64,000 nucleotides of DNA from Candidatus Latescibacterota bacterium (GTDB lineage Bacteria; Latescibacterota; UBA2968; UBA8231), in the NCBI GenBank assembly GCA_965203175.1, contig OZ241867.1, positions 2,496,001-2,560,000 of the forward strand. The letters are read 5' to 3'. Below are positions 56,804-64,000 of this stretch, one piece after another. A program made the position numbers and the translations under genes. The notes under the pieces were generated by a model. That model was not told the origin of the DNA, ran no database searches, and saw only the letters and a program-made list of their open reading frames with translations. The stretch's first letter is position 1, and the number at the start of each line of letters is the position of its first letter.

Positions 56804-58068
56804 TCTCCATCCCCCTCCGCTTCGTCGTGGTTCTCGGTGAAGGCAAGTGCGGTTTCCATCCAGCCTTCGGTAAGCAGCCCTCCCAATCCTCTCCCAGACT
56901 TGCGCAATTTCTTGGCGTCGGGCAGTTCGGCAACCGGGCGGATGATGGCGTCGTGTAAGTCTTCCAGCCGGCAGACGACGGACATATTCTCGAACGTGCT
57001 GTCGTTGACAAAGGTCAATAGGTCCGACGCATGAGTGGTGGTCATTATTTGAATATTGCTCTTAGCGGCCTGCTTTTCGATCAGTTCGAGCAAGAGCCAT
57101 TGCCGTGCCGGGTGAATGCCGGTATCGATTTCCTCGAAGAAATACAGTCCCTTGGGGTTTTCGCCGAGCAGTACAGACAGCATGGCGAGAAAACGCAGCG
57201 TGCCATCCGATGCGCTATAAGCCGACACCTTTCTGCCGTTTGACTCGCATAGCGTGAGATGGACCCGACCACTAGGATCGCGCGGGAACTCGAAGTCGGC
57301 CACATCCATAGGTGTGAGTTCGCTTAACCAATCGGCGAGAATCTCTTTGCGCTTGGGGTCGGAGCAGATGTCCTCCAGCACCACCGGCAAATTCTCGCCG
57401 GAGTCGCCCAAGACAGTCGCGCCGGGAAAGGCCGGTTCTCGCATCTGGTCCGGTGACGGTTCCAAAAAGCGCATGTTGGCAAAGATGTCGATTATCTGTT
57501 GGATGTACGGTTCAAGGCGTTTTTTAAAGGGGCGAGTCATTGATATGAACTCTCCCATTTTCTCGAGCGCTGGTTCAAACTTGATCTGGATTTTGGGGTC
57601 TTCCTCTTTAATGGCCAAAAACAGGTTGAGAAGTAGAGGGAAGGCGTCGGATTGTGTTTGGACGGAATCGTCTGGGTCGGGATTGCTTTTAACGTAGAAG
57701 GAAGGACCCATAAGTCCTTCATTGGTGAACCGGAATTCATTGGGGCCTTCTTTGTCGTTACTAACCTCGATCAGGTAACATATGTCTGTATCTTCTAATC
57801 TCATACGGACCTCAATAGAAAACGCAGTCTGCCCGAACCGGACGATCTCATTCGCCGCACCGCGAATCGGTTTCCAGTCTGCCCCGTATTTGCCGCCGAT
57901 GATCTCCGCCAATGAGTATCCCCGGCCCATACCGTGTAGGAAGCGGAAGGCGTCGCGGATATTGCTCTTACCGCTGGCGTTTGCGCCTACGATTACGGTG
58001 AACGGACCGACGCGCAGGGTCTCGTCGGCGAAGTTTTTGAAATTCACGAGGCGAATCGATTTAATCAT
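56800..58068 (-). CDS. AAA_21/ABC-type ATPase (OLD/AbiEii-associated type)
   Basis: IRLVNFKNF, GANASGKSN, SDGTLRFL, FEEIDTGIHP, TTH. Confidence 0.9.
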   Translation of the reverse strand: MIKSIRLVNFKNFADETLRVGPFTVIVGANASGKSNIRDAFRFLHGMGRGYSLAEIIGGKYGADWKPIRGAANEIVRFGQTAFSIEVRMRLEDTDICYLIEVSNDKEGPNEFRFTNEGLMGPSFYVKSNPDPDDSVQTQSDAFPLLLNLFLAIKEEDPKIQIKFEPALEKMGEFISMTRPFKKRLEPYIQQIIDIFANMRFLEPSPDQMREPAFPGATVLGDSGENLPVVLEDICSDPKRKEILADWLSELTPMDVADFEFPRDPSGRVHLTLCESNGRKVSAYSASDGTLRFLAMLSVLLGENPKGLYFFEEIDTGIHPARQWLLLELIEKQAAKSNIQIMTTTHASDLLTFVNDSTFENMSVVCRLEDLHDAIIRPVAELPDAKKLRKSGRGLGGLLTEGWMETALAFTENHDEAEGDGE

Positions 58069-58166
58069 CGGACTTTCTCCGGTTGACTATTCACCCGATA
58101 CTCGGCTTTCGATAGGCTTAGTGAGAACGGAAGAGAAGTCATCGGGATTTGTCTAAACAGGGCTTT

Positions 58167-58604
58167 TCACGCGAACTCATACAGAGGCACTGTACTTACT
58201 GGTTGATGCTTATCTTGAAGTAGAGCCTCGATTTTGCGAACTGTTTCCGGCCTCATCAGCACGTCTCCGCATACAGAACAAATATCAGCCGGAACGTGGT
58301 CAATGACCATTACTTTACCATGGTGCCGCACGGGGTGTATGATTTTTTTCGCTTCGTATTCTCCCGGACATCCATCAATACGGCATTTCATGGCGCGTTT
58401 CTTGCGACTATCTGCGATCTCATCGCTGTATGTTCCATCGGCCTTCTCCCAGACAACTTTACCATCCTTGAACACAACTACCGCACTGCCAGTTTCCGCA
58501 GCTCGTTGGCGCACGCGTTCAGCAGCCCTACGCAGGGCAATCTCAGCACCGACAAGGTCTGGGTCTCGTGGTTTCTTGATCGACTTTTGATTCTGCGAAC
58601 ACAT
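58167..58604 (-). CDS. Small antitoxin-like protein in frame with a YgiT-type zinc finger (alternative start 58391)
   Basis: N-half DLVGAEIALRRAAERVRQRA...VVVFKDGKVV; C-half MKCRIDGCPG...DHVPADICSVCGD...ETVRKIE. Confidence 0.7.
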   Translation of the reverse strand: MCSQNQKSIKKPRDPDLVGAEIALRRAAERVRQRAAETGSAVVVFKDGKVVWEKADGTYSDEIADSRKKRAMKCRIDGCPGEYEAKKIIHPVRHHGKVMVIDHVPADICSVCGDVLMRPETVRKIEALLQDKHQPVSTVPLYEFA

Positions 58605-58610
58605 CTCAAT

Positions 58611-58725
58611 TTACCTCTCAGCCAATAATACAGGAATCTACCCGAATTATCGAGAATAGCCTGCTCATCTACAAGCCCTCGATAGATTAACTCAAAGTTG
58701 TGCCAGTTCGCTAAAAACCGCGCCG
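58611..58725 (-). pseudogene. 3' remnant of a zeta-toxin-like P-loop ATPase
   Basis: ARFLANWHNFELIYRGLVDEQAILDNSG, then a frameshift to PVLLAER*; resembles the RF..G..NF...Y..LVD.W..YDNSG..P.LL C-terminus. Confidence 0.55.
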
Positions 58726-59541
58726 CTATTCCTTCACCGCACCAGCCGTCAGCCCCTGCGTGAAAAATCGCTGGGTGAAAAGAAAGAACATCACCGTCGG
58801 CACCAAGGCGATGATCGAGGCCGCTGAGATGTAGCGCCAGTTGACGCCAAAGACGCCTTGGAGGCTGGCCAACCCCAATTGCAGGGTGTACAGCTCGCGG
58901 CTTTTGAGCACCACCAGCGGCCACAGGAAGTCGTTCCACTGGGCCACGAACGTAAAGGCTGCCTGCGCGGCGAGGGCTGGTTTGACGAGGGGCATCATAA
59001 TGCGCGCATAGATGGTCCACGGGCCGCAGCCGTCGATGCGGGCGGCGTCTTCTAAGTCGGTGGGAATGGTGGTGAAGGCTTGGCGCAGGAGGAAGATGCC
59101 AAAGGCGTTGACCGCCACCGGCAGGATGACGCCGGCGTACGAATCCACGAGGCCGAGCTTTAAGGTGACGATGAAGAGCGGGATTAAGAGGACTTGGAAC
59201 GGCACCATGGTCGTGGCCAAGATGCAGTAGAAAATGGCTTGGCGGCCGCGAAAGTGCATACGGGCAAGGGCGTAGCCGGCCAGCGAGCAGCACGTCAAGT
59301 TGAGCAGGACCGTGGCGATGGCGATGTAGAAGGTGTTGAAGAGGTAGCGCATAAACGGGAGGATGTTCCAAGCCTTGGCAAAGTTGCCCCAGACGATGGG
59401 GTCGGGAATCCACTGCGGCGGATGGGCGAACAGATCGGCCGACTCGGCTTTGAGCGCGGTGGACAGCAGCCAGGCGAAAGGGGCGAGCAAGACCGCGCCG
59501 ACTGCGCACAGGATTACATAGAGCAGAATGCGCTGGACCAT
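58726..59541 (-). CDS. Carbohydrate ABC transporter permease (MalG-like)
   Basis: LAGYALAR, IPTDLEDAARIDG, QWNDFLWPL, QRFFTQGLTAGAVKE; start overlaps the upstream stop. Confidence 0.94.
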   Translation of the reverse strand: MVQRILLYVILCAVGAVLLAPFAWLLSTALKAESADLFAHPPQWIPDPIVWGNFAKAWNILPFMRYLFNTFYIAIATVLLNLTCCSLAGYALARMHFRGRQAIFYCILATTMVPFQVLLIPLFIVTLKLGLVDSYAGVILPVAVNAFGIFLLRQAFTTIPTDLEDAARIDGCGPWTIYARIMMPLVKPALAAQAAFTFVAQWNDFLWPLVVLKSRELYTLQLGLASLQGVFGVNWRYISAASIIALVPTVMFFLFTQRFFTQGLTAGAVKE

Positions 59542-60476
59542 CACACCCCGCCTCCGGTATTGTCGCCTCCGGCGATGCGAAAGTTGAGCAGGGCAAAGAT
59601 CAATATGACGACTAGCAAGCAGAGCGAGACGGCTGCGGCGTACCCTACTTCGAGGTATTTGAACCCGAGCGTGTAGATGTAATAGGCCAATAGGTTGGTG
59701 CGGTGGAAGGGGCCGCCGCCGGTCATCACGTACACTTCGCCGAAGGTGCGCAAGGCGGCGATGGTGGCGATGATGGAGACCACGAGCGTGTAGGGTTGGA
59801 TCGTCGGGATGATGACGTGGCGCACGACTTGCCACCAACCGGCTCCATCGACGCGGGCGGCTTCTTTGAGCTGGGCTGGGATGCCCTGCAAGCCGGCCAG
59901 ATAGATAATCATGTAGTACGGCGCGGCCTTCCACACGGTGACCATGGCCACGGCAAACAGGGCAATCGCCGGCTCGGTCAACCACGCGGCTTGGGTCTCC
60001 ACGCCCAGCAGGCCCAAGAACGCCTCGGGGACGCCGCGCACATCGGCTAGCCACGATGGGCCGCTGACACCCAGCCCCTTGAGGAAGGCGTTGAGCAGGC
60101 CGTCGGCGTTGTACAGCCACTTCCAGACGATGCCGGCGACGACGATGGAGGTGACGACCGGAATGTAGTACAGGGTGCGAAACACCTTGATCAGCCGTAG
60201 CGAGTTGTCGAGGAGGAGCGCCATGAAAAACGAGAGCACGACGAGCGCGGGCACGACGACGATTGCATAGAGCAGGGTATTGGCCAAGACCCGCCAGAAC
60301 AGCTCGTCGCCCCAAGCGCGGCGAAAATTGTCGAGGCCGACGAAGGTGGGCGGCGAGAAGATGTTGTAGCGGTGCAGGCTGAGATAGAGCGTGTCGAGCA
60401 AGGGATAGGCGAAGAACACGACTAAGAGCAACAGCCCAGGGGCGACGAAAAAATAAGGTGCGTAGCGTCCGTACAT
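59541..60476 (-). CDS. Carbohydrate ABC transporter permease (MalF/UgpA-like)
   Basis: FVGLDNF, YLAGLQGIP..LKEAARVDGA, MTGGGP, GYAAA. Confidence 0.94.
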   Translation of the reverse strand: MYGRYAPYFFVAPGLLLLVVFFAYPLLDTLYLSLHRYNIFSPPTFVGLDNFRRAWGDELFWRVLANTLLYAIVVVPALVVLSFFMALLLDNSLRLIKVFRTLYYIPVVTSIVVAGIVWKWLYNADGLLNAFLKGLGVSGPSWLADVRGVPEAFLGLLGVETQAAWLTEPAIALFAVAMVTVWKAAPYYMIIYLAGLQGIPAQLKEAARVDGAGWWQVVRHVIIPTIQPYTLVVSIIATIAALRTFGEVYVMTGGGPFHRTNLLAYYIYTLGFKYLEVGYAAAVSLCLLVVILIFALLNFRIAGGDNTGGGV

Positions 60477-60479
60477 GGT

Positions 60480-60521
60480 CAATTGCGAATTAGGAATTAG
60501 GAATTAGGAGTTGCGAATTGG
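60480..60521. repeat. Intergenic heptamer tandem array (GAATTAG-like, 6 units)
   Basis: CAATTGC GAATTAG GAATTAG GAATTAG GAGTTGC GAATTGG. Confidence 0.85.
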
Positions 60522-60560
60522 ATTGGTTTGGCGACTCAGTAATAAGTTCATGATTGGGTC

Positions 60561-61814
60561 TCAATGAAAGCGCGACAGGTGGTTCCACTTGGATTCGATG
60601 CGGCTCAAGGCCGCGTCCGCGCTTTGCTGACCGGCCAGTGCCTTGGCGAATTCCTCGTGGAGGATGTCCTCCATCCGGCTCCAGCCCTTGACGTCGGGTG
60701 GGGCCATGACAAAGGAGTGGGCGATGTCGGCCGCGGAAAGCTGGTTGGCGGCGTCGGCCAGCGTGGCGGGTTGGCGGCGGAAGTAGGGGTCAGCGGCCGC
60801 TTCTACGGTCGAAGGCAAGATGGCGACGCGGCGGCAGAATTCGAGTTGGTTGGCGTCGTTGGTGACAAACAGCCCGAAGTCAACGGCTTGCTCTACGTGG
60901 GGTGAGGCTTTGGGTACGACCAAGACTTGGCTGGTGGCCGGTACTTGGCCGAGGCTGCCGCGTGGCATGGGCGCTGGTACCGCCTTTTTGGCGAAAGAGT
61001 CGTCGAAGTAGCGGGTGATCCAGCCGCCGGAAAAGGGCAGCATGGCCGCGCGCCCTTCGATGAACCAATTGACCTCGTCGCGGTGGGAGGCTGCGAGGGC
61101 CTCGGGCGGAATGATCTCCTGCTGGTAGGCGTTGATCCACTGCTGGAAGATGGCCTTGGCCTCGGGGTGGTTGATGCGGGTGCGGCGGGCGTTGGGAACG
61201 AAGAGGGGCCAAAATCCGTCTAGGCGTAACAGGGCCCAAGGTGGAGCTATGAGCGAGGGATGTAGCCGCCAAGAGATGCCGTATTTGCCGGTGCGCTCGC
61301 GGATTTGGCGGCCCATGGCGAGCATCTCGTCGATGGTGACAGGCGGGCGCTCGGGATCGAGGCCGGCTTGGGCGAAGAGGTCCTTGTTGTACCAGAGCAT
61401 GGTGACGCCGACGTACCAGGGGATGGCGTAGTTGCTGCCTTGGAAGTAGCCGACGCCGCGCCAGAAGTTTTCGAGTCGTTTGGCCTTTTCGGCGGGTGCG
61501 ACTGCCTCGTCCATGTTGACGAGGATGTCGTATTGCAGGAAGCGAGGCAGATCGTAGATGTTGGCCAAGTCTGGAGGCGCGTCACCGACCAAGGCGGCGA
61601 GGAACTTCTCGGCCACTTCGCCGCCGCTGACATCGACCCACTTGACTTTTACGCCGGGATGCGCCTGCTCGTACTCGTCGATCATGCCCAAAATGTAGTC
61701 GGCGAATGCATCGCCGAGGGCAATGGTCCAAAACTCGAGGGTGACGGTGGCGTCTTGGCGCGGCTCAGGGCTACAGGACGAAAGGACGAGGAGGAGCGAA
61801 AGGACTAATGGCAT
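60561..61814 (-). CDS. Sugar ABC transporter substrate-binding lipoprotein
   Basis: Lipobox LSSC, YEQAHPGVKV, PPDL, YAIPWY, YNKDLF..AGL, FIEGRAAM. Confidence 0.92.
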   Translation of the reverse strand: MPLVLSLLLVLSSCSPEPRQDATVTLEFWTIALGDAFADYILGMIDEYEQAHPGVKVKWVDVSGGEVAEKFLAALVGDAPPDLANIYDLPRFLQYDILVNMDEAVAPAEKAKRLENFWRGVGYFQGSNYAIPWYVGVTMLWYNKDLFAQAGLDPERPPVTIDEMLAMGRQIRERTGKYGISWRLHPSLIAPPWALLRLDGFWPLFVPNARRTRINHPEAKAIFQQWINAYQQEIIPPEALAASHRDEVNWFIEGRAAMLPFSGGWITRYFDDSFAKKAVPAPMPRGSLGQVPATSQVLVVPKASPHVEQAVDFGLFVTNDANQLEFCRRVAILPSTVEAAADPYFRRQPATLADAANQLSAADIAHSFVMAPPDVKGWSRMEDILHEEFAKALAGQQSADAALSRIESKWNHLSRFH

Positions 61815-61935
61815 GAAAAGGATACAGAGCCTTGTTCACAGAAATAGAATTGGTCATTATCGCACGGCGCGTGCGGTTGACAAACTACGTTTAGGTGCAT
61901 CTGCAAGCAATGCGCCAATCCCGAAAGGATATTCT

Positions 61936-63129
61936 ATGCGTCTGTTTTTCTTTTTCCTGCTAAGCGCGGTTTTTTTCGCCTGCGGGGATAATCCGCTCGC
62001 GGAGCGAGTGGATGAATTAGAGCAGCGGCTCGACGAAGTTGAAGCCGCCCAAGAGGAGGACCGGCTGAGCTTGTTGGCGCGGCTTGATGCCCTCGCGGTG
62101 ACGGCGGACAATGCCGAAGAGATCGGCGCAGTGCGCGCCAAGCTGAACCAGACGGATATTACGCGGTCAGAATTTGAGGATCTAGAAGAGCGCGTGGACG
62201 AGCTGGAAGGTCAAATTGGGGATTGGAGCGGGATCGTCCACTCTTTGCAGTACTCCGTGTACGCCGTGCTCCACGGCGTGTACAACGAAAATATAGAGGA
62301 TTGGACTATTACGTTTATCGGCACGAGCTTTGCCGTGGAAAGCGGTACGCTTGTTACCAATGGGCACATCATAGATGGACTGATTGAATTGGACGGCCAA
62401 GTAGCGACATTTAACAGCAGGTATGGAACCGATTTACAGGGTACATGGATCGTGGTGCAAAACCTGACGACCGATCTGTCATACCAAGAAAATTATTTCT
62501 TCATTGGTACTTATTGGTCGCACCCGCAATGGGACCCCGAGAATCTGAGCTCGCCCGACGTAGGTACGCTGCACATCTCCGAAGGCTTCATTGGGCGGCG
62601 CGCCCGCTTGGCGACGAGCAACGCGGTTTATCGCTTGCGAGTCGGTGCCCCGATCGCGACGTTGGGATTTCCCGGCGAACTCCAGGGCGGCGAGCTGTCT
62701 CACCTTTTCCCGATCGGCACCTTTAAGAACGGCACGATCAGTGCCTTGCGCCCGCCCTTCCGAGGCGAGATGTACACCACGTCCGACTCCTACGTCGTTC
62801 AGCACAATCTCGACCTGTCCGGCGGCACTAGCGGCAGCCCCATTTTCGATGCTTCTGGCCAGGTGGTGGCCATCAACAACGCGGGTATTGAGAATGTGGT
62901 GCTCAGCATAGTCGGTACCCCTGCGCGCATCTCACAAGCCGCCTTGGGATTTGGCATTCGCGCCGACAAAATTCACGAATTGCTCGACGAGGTGGGCGTA
63001 GTGGCCAAGCCGACAACGCCCGCCGAGCCGAGTGGATTAGCCAGTAGCTTGGACGGACGGGATATTGGCTCCCTTGATATTGGGACGACGCAGGAGGACT
63101 TGGCGGATCGACTAGCCGGGAGTGAGTGA
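61936..63129 (+). CDS. Trypsin-like serine protease lipoprotein with an N-terminal coiled coil
   Basis: AAGGA RBS, FFAC lipobox, heptad-rich segment, triad TNGH / PDVG / GTSGSP. Confidence 0.85.
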   Translation: MRLFFFFLLSAVFFACGDNPLAERVDELEQRLDEVEAAQEEDRLSLLARLDALAVTADNAEEIGAVRAKLNQTDITRSEFEDLEERVDELEGQIGDWSGIVHSLQYSVYAVLHGVYNENIEDWTITFIGTSFAVESGTLVTNGHIIDGLIELDGQVATFNSRYGTDLQGTWIVVQNLTTDLSYQENYFFIGTYWSHPQWDPENLSSPDVGTLHISEGFIGRRARLATSNAVYRLRVGAPIATLGFPGELQGGELSHLFPIGTFKNGTISALRPPFRGEMYTTSDSYVVQHNLDLSGGTSGSPIFDASGQVVAINNAGIENVVLSIVGTPARISQAALGFGIRADKIHELLDEVGVVAKPTTPAEPSGLASSLDGRDIGSLDIGTTQEDLADRLAGSE

Positions 63130-63242
63130 ATGCCATCCAGCCCTGCTAAAAGTGCTCACCGTATGAGCTGCTCGGCCTGTCCATGACATGGACAGGTCAC
63201 GCCGATACGAACATCGGGACTCGGAGAATGACGTTGACGACC

Positions 63243-63270
63243 TTGACAGAGTTTGTGGATTCCATACGAT
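63243..63270 (+). promoter_or_regulatory. Putative sigma70 promoter of higBA
   Basis: TTGACA, 16 bp spacer, TACGAT, ending 24 bp before the toxin ATG. Confidence 0.5.
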
Positions 63271-63294
63271 AAATTATTCTGGTTTTAGTCGGGA

Positions 63295-63585
63295 ATGATT
63301 CAGACATTTGGACATGACTTGGCGGAGGATTTGTTCTATGACAGGAGAACCAGAGCAACTCGTTCATTCTCCGCCCAACTCCATCGAACAGCTAGGCGGA
63401 AACTTCTCTACCTTCACGATGCAGCAGACTTGAGAGATCTGAGAACACCGCCGGGCAATAGGTTGGAAAAGCTCAAGGGAGAATGGGAGGACTTTTACTC
63501 CATCAGGATCAACGATCAGTGGCGATTGGTCTTTCGATGGAGCGACGGACAGGCGTATGAAGTACGGATTACCGACTATCACTGA
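63295..63585 (+). CDS. higB: HigB-type (RelE/ParE superfamily) toxin
   Basis: MIQTF, DLRTPPGNRLEKLKG, YSIRINDQWRLVFRW, ends DYH. Confidence 0.95.
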   Translation: MIQTFGHDLAEDLFYDRRTRATRSFSAQLHRTARRKLLYLHDAADLRDLRTPPGNRLEKLKGEWEDFYSIRINDQWRLVFRWSDGQAYEVRITDYH

Positions 63586-63604
63586 CAGAGGCAAGGTAAA
63601 AACT

Positions 63605-63886
63605 ATGGAACGACAACCTAAAAATCCCTTTCACCCGGGCGAGATGCTTCTCGAGGAGTTTCTCGAACCCATGGGTATGGACTTAACGGCATTTGCGGAG
63701 AAAATCGGCTGGTCCCAAGCTCGACTCGATGCATTCATTCGAGGCGAGCACGATGTAACGGCCGATGCAGCACTCGATCTTGCCGAGGCCCTCGGAACAT
63801 CGGCGAAGCTTTGGATGAACATGCAGTCAACATACGATCTGGATAGAGCTGCCAAGGCACGTAGCTTAGCTATTTCTAGCACTTAG
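63605..63886 (+). CDS. higA: HigA-type HTH antitoxin
   Basis: HPGEMLLEEFLEP, VTADAALDL, GTSAKLWMNMQSTYDL. Confidence 0.95.
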   Translation: MERQPKNPFHPGEMLLEEFLEPMGMDLTAFAEKIGWSQARLDAFIRGEHDVTADAALDLAEALGTSAKLWMNMQSTYDLDRAAKARSLAISST

Positions 63887-64000
63887 CAAATTCCCAAAGA
63901 TATACCGACCTGTTCGGCGAATATGTCTAAAAAAGCCCGAAAAATCGACACGTTTTCGGAATATGTACACGATGTGGACATATCGGACGCCGGATCAATC

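Noticed and set aside
63905-63970. Short direct repeat GAATATGT near the window end
   Set aside because: Two short imperfect copies at the window edge are too little to call a feature

Overview
GC-rich bacterial chromosomal window of about 50 genes and one tRNA-Asp(GTC). I saw no rRNA, CRISPR array or intact prophage. The FlgD-Ig/NPFTPNGDG-tailed secreted proteins, a TAVE..SWGQIK-tailed protein, a DUF6785-type membrane protein and a PhyH dioxygenase suggest a Latescibacterota-like FCB-group organism (inference). Ordinary content includes def, fbaB, a P-II gene, a purF-like gene, a larE-like gene, oxidoreductases, and peptide and sugar ABC importers. The best candidate for an undescribed system is a ~19 kb cell-envelope locus (33.7-52.4 kb). 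It holds three paralogous large secreted proteins that all end in a T9SS-CTD-like domain and the tripeptide VAY, plus a predicted outer-membrane beta-barrel with Ca-binding-like loops, TPR and PpiC lipoproteins, a GT39-TPR glycosyltransferase and a DUF6785-type transporter. A second candidate is a YtrA-regulated ABC exporter whose two permeases carry LVIVD-repeat domains. It is followed by a decaying tandem array of TlpA-like WCGPC redoxins with an unrecognised ~31-aa repeat. Toxin-antitoxin and defence modules (AbiE, HigBA, AAA ATPase + TOPRIM-like pair, decayed DUF4258/DUF2283, zeta-like and YgiT remnants) are scattered through the window, and two such islets split ABC operons. All family calls come from motif recognition by eye; no searches were run. 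Several start codons were moved from the ORF track using RBS, overlap or signal-peptide evidence.
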